Below the pieces are notes generated by a model, which was not told the origin of the DNA, searched no databases, and saw only the letters and a program-made list of their open reading frames with translations. The translations under genes and the position numbers were made by a program. A DNA stretch of 64,000 bases from Phenylobacterium sp. Its GTDB lineage: Bacteria; Pseudomonadota; Alphaproteobacteria; Caulobacterales; Caulobacteraceae. Position 1 is the first letter of the stretch. Each line of letters starts with the position of its first letter. This document shows, in pieces, positions 36,871 through 46,580 of the stretch. The stretch lies in NCBI RefSeq assembly GCF_037968635.1, contig NZ_JBBKVV010000104.1, positions 86 through 64,085 on the forward strand. Reading direction: 5' to 3'.

Positions 36871-38043
36871 CTAGAGGCGTTCGACGATGGTCACATTGGC
36901 CATGCCGCCGCCTTCGCACATGGTCTGCAGACCGTACTTGCCGCCCCTGGATTCCAGGGCGTTCAGCAGGGTGGCCATCAGCTTGGTGCCCGAGGCGCCC
37001 AGGGGGTGACCCAGCGCGATGGCGCCGCCGTTGACGTTGATCTTGTCCCGCGAGACCCCCAGCGAGTTCATGAAGGCCACGGGCACGGAGGCGAAGGCTT
37101 CGTTGACCTCAAACAGGTCGATGTCGTCGACAGTCATGCCAGCGCGCTTCAGGGCGCGTTCGGTGGCCGGCAGCGGGGCTTCCAGCATGATGACGGGATC
37201 GTGGCCCAGCAGGCTCATGTGGTGGATTCGGGCCAGCGGCTTCACACCCAGTTCCTTCAGGCCCTTTTCAGAGACGATCATCACGCCCGAGGCGCCGTCG
37301 CAGATCTGGCTGGAGGACGCCGCCGTCAGGCTGCCGTCTTCGCGCAGGAGCTTCACGCCCTTGATGCCCTCGAGGCTGGCCTCGAAGCGGATCCCCTCAT
37401 CGACGGTGTGAAGGGTCTTGACGCCCTCCGCGTCGGTCACCTCGATGGCGACGATCTCGTTCTTGAAGGCGCCGGCCTGGGTGGCGGCGATGGCGCGCTG
37501 GTGGGACTGGAAGCTGTACTCGTCCAGCTGGTCGCGGTTCAGGCCGTACTTCTTGGCGACCATCTCGGCGCCGATGAACTGGCTGAACTGAATATTCGGA
37601 TACTGCTCCTGGATGCCCGGGCTCATATAGTTGCCAAAGCCGTTCTGGGCCGGCAGCGCTGCCGACAGGCCCATGGGCACGCGGGTCATGCTCTCGACGC
37701 CGGCGGCGATGACGATGTCCATCGTGCCGCTCATCACGGCCTGGGCCGCGAACTGCAGAGCCTGCTGCGAGGAGCCGCACTGACGGTCGACGCTGGTGCC
37801 GGGCACACTCTCGGGCAGACGCGAGGCCAGCACGGCGTTGCGGCCGACATTGATCCCCTGTTCGCCCACCTGGCCGACGCAGCCCATGATCACGTCCTCG
37901 ATGAGGGCCGGATCGGCCTTGGTGCGGTCGACGAGGTCGTTGAGGACATTGGCGGCCAGGTCGACCGGATGCCAATCCTTCAGTTTGCCGCCCTTGCGGC
38001 CGCCGGCCGTGCGTGAGGCCGCGACGATATAGGCTTCGCCCAT
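36871..38043 (-). CDS. Acetyl-CoA C-acyltransferase (thiolase)
   Basis: 'DRQCGSSQQA', 'EVNEAFA', 'NVNGGAIALGHPLGASG', 'MCEGGG'. Confidence 0.96.
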   Translation of the reverse strand: MGEAYIVAASRTAGGRKGGKLKDWHPVDLAANVLNDLVDRTKADPALIEDVIMGCVGQVGEQGINVGRNAVLASRLPESVPGTSVDRQCGSSQQALQFAAQAVMSGTMDIVIAAGVESMTRVPMGLSAALPAQNGFGNYMSPGIQEQYPNIQFSQFIGAEMVAKKYGLNRDQLDEYSFQSHQRAIAATQAGAFKNEIVAIEVTDAEGVKTLHTVDEGIRFEASLEGIKGVKLLREDGSLTAASSSQICDGASGVMIVSEKGLKELGVKPLARIHHMSLLGHDPVIMLEAPLPATERALKRAGMTVDDIDLFEVNEAFASVPVAFMNSLGVSRDKINVNGGAIALGHPLGASGTKLMATLLNALESRGGKYGLQTMCEGGGMANVTIVERL

Positions 38044-38142
38044 GGTTCCGCTCCCTTTGGAAATGCGCGTCTCTTGCGCGTCGAAATCCAGTCTAGGCGG
38101 GCGCCGTCACGGAAGCCAACGGGGCGTCATCTTCCGGGCCGG

Positions 38143-39060
38143 CTAGACCGGCAGCAGGCTTCCCAGCCGCTCGCCGTCCAGCTTGAAACTGGTGGGAAGG
38201 ACGCGGGGATTGGGCTTCTGCAGCTTCAGCGCCTTGGCGCCACGCGCCACGGCCAGCTTGCCCAGCGCGCCCGGCGTGAAGCCGTCCTGAATGCGGGGTC
38301 GCCGAGCCCCCAGCCGGCGGCGCAGGACGCCGTTGGCGTAGATCACATTGGCGCGCAGCAGCGCCTGGGGGGTCATGAATTCGATGGAGAGTGAGACGTT
38401 CAGCATCGGGCCGTTTTCGATCCGGTGCGGAGCGTTCTGGGCCCAGGTCACCATCTTGCCCGGCGTCAGGTCGTGAACCTCCGCCCCCTTGTCCCAGGCG
38501 GGATTGAAGGCGAACTGTTCGGCGGTTTCCCGCAGTACGATCTTCTCCAGCGCTTCGTCGCCCACATAGGGGTCGGCCACCGGATAGACCCAGACCCGCT
38601 TCTGTCCCCGCAACTGCCACAACGACACCAATGGCACATCCAGATGGTAGAAGACCTGGGCGTTGGCCGAGGAAATCAGCATCCCGAGGTCCCGCTTGAA
38701 GGTGCGCAGACCCGGCGCATGGGCGGCCTTCTCGGCGAAGATTTCGTCTCCCAGGGCAGCGTAGTCGGCCAGGTGCAGGTTGGTCTCGCGCAGGTTCAGC
38801 CAGATGCGGCCCGACTGGGCGGCCTCCAACAGCTTGGAACCCGACAGCGTCCCGGCCGAACCCCGTCGCCAGGTGGTCCAGGCCACCGGGTCCTCGCCCA
38901 TGGTGAAGACGCCCAGCTTCTCGCGCGGATAGCGGTCCAGCAATTGCTCCAGACCCTCGTCATTGAACATCGGCCGCTCGTGCAGTCCGTGCTCGAAGGC
39001 GAGGTTCTGTCTTGTGAAGGCGGCGCCCTTCTCAGGCGTCCAATCGGTGATGATGCTCAT
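38143..39060 (-). CDS. Cupin/JmjC-like protein
   Basis: 'LISSANAQVFYHLD...WQLRGQKRVWVYP', 'APHRIEN'. Start overlaps the glycosyltransferase stop. Confidence 0.8.
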   Translation of the reverse strand: MSIITDWTPEKGAAFTRQNLAFEHGLHERPMFNDEGLEQLLDRYPREKLGVFTMGEDPVAWTTWRRGSAGTLSGSKLLEAAQSGRIWLNLRETNLHLADYAALGDEIFAEKAAHAPGLRTFKRDLGMLISSANAQVFYHLDVPLVSLWQLRGQKRVWVYPVADPYVGDEALEKIVLRETAEQFAFNPAWDKGAEVHDLTPGKMVTWAQNAPHRIENGPMLNVSLSIEFMTPQALLRANVIYANGVLRRRLGARRPRIQDGFTPGALGKLAVARGAKALKLQKPNPRVLPTSFKLDGERLGSLLPV

Positions 39061-39992
39061 GTCGGAGCCCTCAGGCCGTAGAAGTGGATCTTGAAAGGGC
39101 CGCCCCACAGGGTCTTGCCCAAGCCGCGGACGGCGCGGTCCAGGGTGAAGGCGAAGCGCGGGCTGCGGATCAGCCATTGCAGGCCCGCCAGCAGGCCGAA
39201 CACGCCGGCCTGGCCAACCCCGATCACCATCCAGCGCGCGACGCCCAGGCGGTCGGGTGGCGTGCGGGCGGCGCAGTGGCTGGTGGGGCCCTGGCCATAG
39301 GAGAAAGCTCGCGGGATCGTGTATCCGAGGGTCAGGCGGTTGGGGACCGGGTCTTCCCAGACCCAGGCGTCCGGCGCCCAGGCGAACCTGGCGCCCTTGG
39401 TGTGCATGCCGCCGAACAACAGGTCGTCCTCGCCGCCGATTTGGTTGCGGATCGCCGAGAACGGGGCCTTGGGATCGGGAAGGCTGGCGCGACGTAGCAG
39501 GCTGTCACCGCAGCCGTAATAGTGGTCGATCAGCCCCTCTCGCGCGCCGTCGCCGACGCGGGAGAAGAACCATTCCAGATAGGCGCGGTGCCTGACCACG
39601 CCGGCGGGCGCCCGGCCCCGAACCGGACCGAACACCACGTCGGCGTCGTACCTGGCCTGGACCGCCAGGAGGGCGGCCAGCCAGCCGGTCGGCGCTTCCT
39701 CGTCATCGTCCAGGAAGGCGATGTAGTCGCCCCGCGCCTGGGCCATGGCCGCATTTCGGGCGTTGGCGACGCCGGGGTCGGCCTCATGCACGTAGATCAC
39801 CGGGAACGGCGCCTCAGCCGCCAGGGTCTCCGCCAGGGCGTGGGCCGAAGGAACCTGGTCGTTGTCCACCACCACCAGTTCCAGGGTCGTGGGATCAACC
39901 CCGGCCTGGCGGAAGGTCGAGCGCGCCGCCGTGGCCAGTCCATCCAGGCGTCGCTGGGTGGGAATGATCAGACTGACACGCGGCGAGGGCAT
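39057..39992 (-). CDS. GT2 family glycosyltransferase, HfsL-like (holdfast)
   Basis: 'VSLIIPT', 'VVVDND', 'GVANARN', 'IAFLDDDE', 'GGEDD'. Context next to an HfsK-like GNAT. Confidence 0.85.
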   Translation of the reverse strand: MPSPRVSLIIPTQRRLDGLATAARSTFRQAGVDPTTLELVVVDNDQVPSAHALAETLAAEAPFPVIYVHEADPGVANARNAAMAQARGDYIAFLDDDEEAPTGWLAALLAVQARYDADVVFGPVRGRAPAGVVRHRAYLEWFFSRVGDGAREGLIDHYYGCGDSLLRRASLPDPKAPFSAIRNQIGGEDDLLFGGMHTKGARFAWAPDAWVWEDPVPNRLTLGYTIPRAFSYGQGPTSHCAARTPPDRLGVARWMVIGVGQAGVFGLLAGLQWLIRSPRFAFTLDRAVRGLGKTLWGGPFKIHFYGLRAPT

Positions 39993-39996
39993 GGGG

Positions 39997-41139
39997 TCAG
40001 ACGGACTCCAGCTCGGCAGGCTGGCGGCGCACGCGAGAGCCTATGGCCTGGGCCACGCCGCGCGCGCGGCCGGCGAAGGAGAGTTCGCTGCTGGCGATGA
40101 TATCCAGGCGACGGCGCAGCTTGCCCACCGGTCCCACGCCATGGGCGCCGGCCAGGCTCCAGGCCTGCTCCGAGATCTGGGCCGCCCGACCGCCGAGGTT
40201 GGCGGCCGTGGCCACGCCCTCACCGATCATCCGCGTCGTCAGCGCATAGGGGCGCTTATAGTGTTCGTGACCCGGGCCGAGGTCATAGGTGGTCAGGTCC
40301 ATCTCCGGCATGGCCGCGATGGCGCGGCCCAGAAACACCTGGCCCGGCGACCAGGCGCCGAGTTCAGGGTCTGTCGACGCGATCCAGGGGTGGTAGACGC
40401 CCCCCTGACGAACGCCGAAATGTCCCGCCACCAGCCGATCGCCGGCATAGAGGTTGACCATCAGCCCCTGGAAATCGCCGTCCTGGCGCTCGAACAGCGC
40501 CTGCAACAGCCCTTGCGTCCAGTCGGCGTCCAGGAAGCCGTGCGCCCCGGTCCGGGCCAGTTGTTCACGCTTCCAGCGCAGCAGGGTGTTGAAGGCCGAA
40601 GTGTCGCGATCCGCGCCCCGGATCGACAACTCGCCGACCTCGCGGTCCAGCTTGTGATCCAGCCGGCGATAGTTCTTGAACCGCTTGGGGCTGGCGGCGC
40701 GCAGGGCCTCCAGATAGGCCTCAGCGGTGGTCGTAAGGTCGATCACGAAGCTCTCGCGCGCCACGGCTCCGAAGCCCTTGAAGGCCAGGTTCGGGTCGGT
40801 CAGGCCGGTGAAGCGATAGACCGACAGGCCGGCGGCGGCCATCGCCTCGTCGGCGTCCAGACCCTGCTCGGCCACCAGGCCGTGATAGTCCGACAGCGGC
40901 GCGCCGATGGGCCGGGCATAGCATCCCGGACGGCGGTGATAGGCCAGGAACCCTGCGGTGCGACCCGGCCAGCGCCAGACGGTGACCCGGGCATCGGCGC
41001 GAACCCGGCCCACCGCCTGGGCGAAATCAGGGCCCATCAGCGGATTGGCGAATTCCGGCCGGCTGGCGCACAGCATCCGCCAGGTGGCGATGTCGGCCTG
41101 CGAAAGGTCGCTCGGGTGGAAGGTTTCGGCACTCAGCAT
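39997..41139 (-). CDS. GNAT/CelD-BcsL-like acyltransferase, HfsK-paralog-like
   Basis: 'APLSDYHG', 'PKRFKNYRR', 'WSPGQVFL', 'YDLGPGHEHYKR'. Start MLSAET. Confidence 0.85.
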   Translation of the reverse strand: MLSAETFHPSDLSQADIATWRMLCASRPEFANPLMGPDFAQAVGRVRADARVTVWRWPGRTAGFLAYHRRPGCYARPIGAPLSDYHGLVAEQGLDADEAMAAAGLSVYRFTGLTDPNLAFKGFGAVARESFVIDLTTTAEAYLEALRAASPKRFKNYRRLDHKLDREVGELSIRGADRDTSAFNTLLRWKREQLARTGAHGFLDADWTQGLLQALFERQDGDFQGLMVNLYAGDRLVAGHFGVRQGGVYHPWIASTDPELGAWSPGQVFLGRAIAAMPEMDLTTYDLGPGHEHYKRPYALTTRMIGEGVATAANLGGRAAQISEQAWSLAGAHGVGPVGKLRRRLDIIASSELSFAGRARGVAQAIGSRVRRQPAELESV

Positions 41140-41324
41140 CGTCTTAAGCCCTAGCTTGTCCCGGTTAGGGAAAGGTGGACTTCCGCGCTGCAATTCACAT
41201 GCCCTGGAAGGTGTGCTCTTTCGCGCCAGAGGCGACCGGAACCAGCGGTCGCAAGGCGGGTCTTCGACGGGGGCTATCTTATTGTTTTATATGAAATTAA
41301 CCGGCCGTCAGCCTTACCTGAATC

Positions 41325-41828
41325 CTAACGATCCGCGGCGAACGACGCCTTGAGGATTTTCTCCAACCAGGCGGCGTCCACCGCGTCGAACGCCGCGGGT
41401 TCGGTGGCGTCGACATCGAAGACAGCGATCAGCTTTCCGGCGTGATCGAAGACCGGCACCACCACCTCGCTAGCCGACCGCCCGTCACAGGCGATATGGC
41501 CCGGGAAGGCGTGGACGTCGGGCACCAGTTGGGTCTCGCCCGTCGCGGCCGCCGCGCCGCAGACCCCGCGCCCGTAGGCGATGCGCAGGCAGCCGAGCGT
41601 CCCTTGATAGGGTCCCACCACCAGTTCCCGTTCCTTGTCGGGGTCGACCACATAGAAGCCGGTCCAGAAATAGTGCTCGAAGCTGGCGGCCAGCATGGAG
41701 GCGATGGTGGCCATCCGCGCGGTGCGATTGGGTTCGCCGTCCAGAACGGACGCGATCTCCTCGGCCACCGCTGCATAGCGGGTGGCCTTGTCGTCGGGCA
41801 GGGTCAGGTCGTTGAAAGCTTCGGCCAT
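41325..41828 (-). CDS. msrC: GAF-domain free methionine-R-sulfoxide reductase
   Basis: 'WTGFY', 'GPYQGTLGCLRI..GRGVCG', 'HIACDGRSASEVVVP', 'VFDVDA'. Confidence 0.88.
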   Translation of the reverse strand: MAEAFNDLTLPDDKATRYAAVAEEIASVLDGEPNRTARMATIASMLAASFEHYFWTGFYVVDPDKERELVVGPYQGTLGCLRIAYGRGVCGAAAATGETQLVPDVHAFPGHIACDGRSASEVVVPVFDHAGKLIAVFDVDATEPAAFDAVDAAWLEKILKASFAADR

Positions 41829-41847
41829 GGGCGACCTATATAGGCCT

Positions 41848-42810
41848 CTAGCCCACCGCCACCAGACGCCGCGCGCTCTTGCGGGAGACCACCGCCTCCA
41901 GGTTGCGGGCGATGCGGTCAGCCTCGACAGGCTCAATCTCGTTCTGACTCAGCAGATTGCGGATGGCGTCGAAGTGGATCTCGATCACCGCCGGGTCGCA
42001 GGCGTCCGGACCGCCCATGGCGTCCACATAGGCGATCATCGACTGGGAGGCGCGCTCCACGGACTTGTCGCGCACCTGCCGGGCGCGGAAGGTCGTGTGC
42101 TGCATGACGCGGTAGATCATCTGCAGGGTGGCGCGGTCCACGCCGCCGCGCGCCGCGATCAGGCGGCGCATGGCCTCCAGCTCGACACTGATGGTCTCGC
42201 GGGCGATCTCGCGTTCCACCTCGTCGGCCACCTCTTCGGGGTCACAGGTGCGGCGCAGCGGCCCCGAATAGTTCAACTCCACCTTCCGGCGCCGGTCGGG
42301 GCCGACATAGGCCTCGCTGATGATGAAGGGCCTGGGCTTCCTCAGCACCAGCTGAATGCGCGACAGCAGGGCCGCCGGCGTGAAGGGCTTGATCACAAAT
42401 TCATTGACCCCGGCCAGGCGGGCGACCTGCACGTCGCGCTCACTCCGTTGGCCGGTGACCATCACCACCGGCACCTCGGCGTTGGGCACCAGGGGATCGG
42501 GATGGATCGCGGCGCGCCGGATCGAGCGCACCAGCTCCAGCCCGTCCATCACCGGCATCGACCAGTCGGTGAAGATTATGTGCGGACAGCGGTGGCGCAG
42601 CAGTTCGCGCGCGCGATGGCCGTCCGGGGCGGTATAGACATCCCCTACGCCACCGGCCCGCAGCACGTCGGTGATCAGACGCAGGGTGTTGGCGTGGTCA
42701 TCCACCACGAGGATCTTGAGACCCGACAGATCGTCGGGCGTCAGGTTCGCACTTGGCAAACGTCGTTGCGAACTCATCGGCCCCAAAAATCCCCAAACCT
42801 TGGCGAACAT
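41848..42810 (-). CDS. CheY-like receiver with arginine-rich c-di-GMP-binding region (Cle family) plus C-terminal extension
   Basis: Receiver 'ILVVDD...IIFTDWSMPVMDG...FVIKPFT' followed by tandem YVGPDRR / YSGPLRR = [Y/F]xGPx[R/K]R. Confidence 0.85.
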   Translation of the reverse strand: MFAKVWGFLGPMSSQRRLPSANLTPDDLSGLKILVVDDHANTLRLITDVLRAGGVGDVYTAPDGHRARELLRHRCPHIIFTDWSMPVMDGLELVRSIRRAAIHPDPLVPNAEVPVVMVTGQRSERDVQVARLAGVNEFVIKPFTPAALLSRIQLVLRKPRPFIISEAYVGPDRRRKVELNYSGPLRRTCDPEEVADEVEREIARETISVELEAMRRLIAARGGVDRATLQMIYRVMQHTTFRARQVRDKSVERASQSMIAYVDAMGGPDACDPAVIEIHFDAIRNLLSQNEIEPVEADRIARNLEAVVSRKSARRLVAVG

Positions 42811-42870
42811 GCTCGGTGAGCATTGAGATCGGGTTTATGGCGCCGGGAAATGTCGGGTCGCTGACCCTGG

Positions 42871-43605
42871 CTAACGGAGAACGTGGGCGGCCAAGGCTTC
42901 GTAGTGCGGCCGGGCCTGGTCGGCGATGCGGCGCAGATCGCCGGAGAGTTGGACCTCGCGGCTCTCCTTGGGCCGCTCGAACCCGGTGGACCGCTCCACC
43001 GCGTCATACCAGGCCGGCGCCCAGACCCCGTCGGTATCGCGCCGGCCCGCGGGCCAGTTCAACATCTCGGCGCGGAATGGAATGCCAAGGGCTTCGCACA
43101 AGGCGCGCAGCATACGCGCCGGATCGGCCAGCACGTCGCGGCCTTCCACCACGGGAGGCGCCGCGCCCAGGCGATCGGCCTCGCGATCAAACAGCTCCCT
43201 CTGACGGGCGACACCAATGTCGGCCAGTGTCACCTCGGCCCGCTTGACGGTGTAGGAGGCCAGGACGGCGACTGGATCCCGGATCAGAAACGCGCTGCGG
43301 CAGGCGTCCATCCAGGCCAGGCCGACCCCGTCGAACATGTGGTGGGTCATGTGCTTCTGGTAGAAGACAGCCGCCCCGCCCGGCGCCGGTCCGGCCATCG
43401 CGGCGGCCACCTCGCGCCAGTCCTGCGGCTGCGAGGCCAGGACCTCGTCCCGCATCGGGTGGTTCAGGCCGGTCCTGGCCAGATAGGCCGCGTAGAACGG
43501 TTCATCCACCACAGCGGTATCGGGGCGGTTCTCGAAGCTGCGCATCATGGCCGTGGAGATGTTGCGCGGCCCCGACCACATGGCGATCCGCACGGTCTCC
43601 GTCAT
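42871..43605 (-). CDS. Sulfotransferase-like P-loop protein (partner of class IV aminotransferase)
   Basis: 'MWSGPRNISTAMMRSF', 'FYQKHM', 'FLIRDP'. Confidence 0.85.
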   Translation of the reverse strand: MTETVRIAMWSGPRNISTAMMRSFENRPDTAVVDEPFYAAYLARTGLNHPMRDEVLASQPQDWREVAAAMAGPAPGGAAVFYQKHMTHHMFDGVGLAWMDACRSAFLIRDPVAVLASYTVKRAEVTLADIGVARQRELFDREADRLGAAPPVVEGRDVLADPARMLRALCEALGIPFRAEMLNWPAGRRDTDGVWAPAWYDAVERSTGFERPKESREVQLSGDLRRIADQARPHYEALAAHVLR

Positions 43606-44510
43606 GACGCCTGCGCGTCCTTCAGGTCCTCATAGGCTGCCCGCAGCCCGGCGGTCACCGGCCCCGGCAGGGCGTTTGGCAGGAGGTGGCCGTCGATCTC
43701 CCGCACGGGGGTCAAGCCGCCGAAAGTGCCGGTCACGAAGGCCTCGTCGGCGTCGTAGACATCGTCCAGGCTGAAGTCGCCCAGCGTGATCGGAATACCC
43801 TTGGCGCGGCAGAGCGCGATGACATTGCCCCGCGTCACCCCGTTGAAACAGAAGTCGCCGGTGGAGGTCATCACCCGGCCCTCGCGGACAAAGAAGAAGT
43901 TGGTGGCGTTGCAGCTCGAGACAAAGCCGCTGGGATCGAGCATCAGCGCCTCGTCGCAGCCGGCCTCGATGGCCTGCAGCAGGGCGGTGATCAGGTTGAG
44001 GCGTGAGTGGGAATTCAGCCGCATGTCGAACATCTGGACCGGGGTGCAGAGGATGCTGGAGGTGAACAGCGACAGGCCTCGAGTGACGATCTCCGGGCTC
44101 GGCGACTTGTACTCCGCGGTGATGACGATGGTGGGCGTGCCTAGCCAGTTGCGCGGGTCCTGGTTGGCGGCGGCCTTCTCGCCCCGGGTGATCATCAGGC
44201 GCAGGTGGGCGCCGTCGGTCATGCCGTTGCCGTCCAGCAGCTTCCAGATCTCGGCCGTGAGTTGCTCGCGCGTCAGGCCGATGTCCAGAGCGATGGCCTT
44301 CAGCCCCGCATAGAGCCTGTCGAGATGGGTCTCCAGGAACAGCAGTCTGCCCTTGTGCAGGCGCAGGCCTTCCCAGACACCGTCCCCCAGCACGAACCCG
44401 GCGTCGAACACCGACACCTTGGCGTCCTCGCGCCTGACGAGATCGCCGTTGAGATAGAGCCGGGCCGCCGCGTTGCGCGGATCGACGGCGAAATCCTGAC
44501 TGCCTGCCAT
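43602..44510 (-). CDS. Class IV PLP aminotransferase (D-amino acid/branched-chain-like)
   Basis: 'GDGVWEGLR', 'HLDRL', 'DEALML', 'GVTRGNV', 'ADEAFVTGT'. Confidence 0.92.
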   Translation of the reverse strand: MAGSQDFAVDPRNAAARLYLNGDLVRREDAKVSVFDAGFVLGDGVWEGLRLHKGRLLFLETHLDRLYAGLKAIALDIGLTREQLTAEIWKLLDGNGMTDGAHLRLMITRGEKAAANQDPRNWLGTPTIVITAEYKSPSPEIVTRGLSLFTSSILCTPVQMFDMRLNSHSRLNLITALLQAIEAGCDEALMLDPSGFVSSCNATNFFFVREGRVMTSTGDFCFNGVTRGNVIALCRAKGIPITLGDFSLDDVYDADEAFVTGTFGGLTPVREIDGHLLPNALPGPVTAGLRAAYEDLKDAQAS

Positions 44511-44562
44511 GGCGTGACGTTGTAGGGGTGGAGGCGGCGTAGAGCTAGACCAGGAGCATCGG

Positions 44563-45765
44563 ATGACCCACGGCATCGGCGGATCGACGGCGGAAGACCA
44601 GCTGGCCGACCTCGCGCCCTGGCCCAAGGCGCCGGCCATCGGGCCTGCGGAACGCGCCGCCCGCCTCGCCCGCGCCCGCGAACTGATGGGTCAGATCGGC
44701 GCCGAGGCCCTGATCATCGGGGCCGGGCCGTCCCTGCGCTATTTCACCGGCGTCGCCTGGAACCCCACAGAGCGACTTGTGGCGATGATCCTGCCGATCA
44801 CCGGCCCGCTGAAGATGATCTGCCCCCGGTTCGAGCTGGGCTCGCTGCAGGCCGCCCTGCTGGTGGAGGCCGAACTCCTGCTCTGGGAGGAGCATGAAAG
44901 CCCCTACGTCCTCACCGCCCGGGCCCTGGCCGACCTGGGCGCCACGTCCCTGGCCATAGACCCCGCCCTGCCCTTCTTCGTCTTCAACGGTCTGCGCCTG
45001 GCCGCCCCCGAGCTCGCCCTATTGGACGGCGCTCCGGCTGTGGACGGCTGCCGATCCATCAAGTCGCCCGCCGAACTGGCCCTGATGTCCCAGGCCAAGG
45101 CCATGACCCTGGAGGTCCACCGCCGCGCCGCCCGTATCCTGGCGCCGGGGATCACCACGGGTGAGGTCCGTCGGTTCATCGACCAGGCCCACCGCGCGCT
45201 CGGGGCCGACGATGGTTCGTCCTTCTGCGCGGTGCAGTTCGGGGTGGCCAGCGCCTATCCCCACGGCCTGCCGGGGGAGCAGGCCCTGGTCAAGAACGAC
45301 CTCGTGCTCATCGACACCGGCTGCAAGGTTGAGGGCTACAACTCCGACATCACCCGCACCTACGTCTTCGGCCACGCGACCCCGGACCAGGCCCGTGTCT
45401 GGGAGATCGAGAAACGCGCCCAGGCCGCCGCCTTCGCCGCCGTGAAGCCCGGCGTTCTCTGCGAGGAGATCGACGCCGTCGCCCGCCGCGTGCTCGCCGC
45501 CGGAGGCTTCAGCCCAGACTACGATCTGCCCGGCCTGCCCCACCGCACCGGCCACGGCATCGGCCTGTCGATCCACGAGGCGCCCTATCTGGTGCGCGGG
45601 GACAAGACGCCGCTGGCGGTCGGCATGTGCTTCTCCAACGAACCCATGATCGTCATCCCCGAGACCTTCGGCGTCCGGCTGGAAGACCACTTCCATGTCA
45701 CGCAGGACGGGGCCGCCTGGTTCACGCAGCCCCAGGACAGCCTCGAGGCGCCGTTCGGCCGCTAG
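44563..45765 (+). CDS. Xaa-Pro peptidase (M24B) family protein
   Basis: 'LIDTGC', 'SDITRT', 'HRTGHGIGL..HE', 'FSNEP', 'GVRLEDH'. Confidence 0.95.
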   Translation: MTHGIGGSTAEDQLADLAPWPKAPAIGPAERAARLARARELMGQIGAEALIIGAGPSLRYFTGVAWNPTERLVAMILPITGPLKMICPRFELGSLQAALLVEAELLLWEEHESPYVLTARALADLGATSLAIDPALPFFVFNGLRLAAPELALLDGAPAVDGCRSIKSPAELALMSQAKAMTLEVHRRAARILAPGITTGEVRRFIDQAHRALGADDGSSFCAVQFGVASAYPHGLPGEQALVKNDLVLIDTGCKVEGYNSDITRTYVFGHATPDQARVWEIEKRAQAAAFAAVKPGVLCEEIDAVARRVLAAGGFSPDYDLPGLPHRTGHGIGLSIHEAPYLVRGDKTPLAVGMCFSNEPMIVIPETFGVRLEDHFHVTQDGAAWFTQPQDSLEAPFGR

Positions 45766-45841
45766 GGGTCGAACGCCGCGCAAGGAGAATAGGCCCAGGC
45801 CCGGGCTTGCGGCGAAACACCGCCCATGACTTTAGGAATTC

Positions 45842-46366
45842 ATGCCGCTCTATCCCGCCACCGCCGCCGACCTGCCCGTCATCGTCGACCTCGTGAACGC
45901 CGCCTATCGCGGCGAGACGTCCCGCCAGGGCTGGACCACCGAAGCTGACTTTCTCGAGGGCCAGCGCACGGATCTCGTGACCCTGACCCGCGATCTCGCT
46001 GAGACACCAGGCGCGGGGCTTTTCATGTGGCGAGACGATCCCGACACCCCCCTGCTGGGGACGGTCTGGCTGGAGCCGGCGGAAGCCGGTGTCTGGCACC
46101 TGGGCATGCTGACTGTTCGCCCTGACCGCCAGGCGCGGCGCCTGGGCCGAACCTTGCTGCACGCCGCCGAAGCCATCGCCGAGCGCAAGGGCGCGCGCCG
46201 CATCCGCATGACCGTGGTCAACATCCGCGACACCCTGATCGCCTGGTACGCCCGCCGCGGCTACGACCCCACCGGCGAGACCCGGCCGTTTCCCTATGGC
46301 GACAAACGTTTCGGCGACCCCCTGCGGGACGACCTGGCCTTCGTCGTTCTGGAGAAGACCCTCTAG
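45842..46366 (+). CDS. GNAT N-acetyltransferase
   Basis: 'LGMLTVRPDRQARRLGRTLL', 'LIAWYARRGY'. Confidence 0.92.
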   Translation: MPLYPATAADLPVIVDLVNAAYRGETSRQGWTTEADFLEGQRTDLVTLTRDLAETPGAGLFMWRDDPDTPLLGTVWLEPAEAGVWHLGMLTVRPDRQARRLGRTLLHAAEAIAERKGARRIRMTVVNIRDTLIAWYARRGYDPTGETRPFPYGDKRFGDPLRDDLAFVVLEKTL

Positions 46367-46530
46367 GCCCTGCCCGGCTTCGCCAACCCATCCAGCCGCG
46401 CCGACAGTCGCTCGAACAGGGCCACCGGCTCCACGCCCACCGAGCGCGCGACCTTATAGAATTTCAGGGTGTCGATCCGCCGCTGGCCGGTCTCGATCAT
46501 GCAGACGTGGCTGGCGGTCTTGCCGATACG
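46363..46530 (-). pseudogene. XRE-family HTH remnant lacking a recognisable N-terminus
   Basis: 'RIGKTASHVCMIETGQRRIDTLKFYKVARSVGVEP' is XRE-like, but the upstream frame is not. Confidence 0.5.
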
Positions 46531-46580
46531 CCAAGGTCGGGTGGCGTGGCCGGGCGCTGACCCCGACCCGCGCGGCAGCG

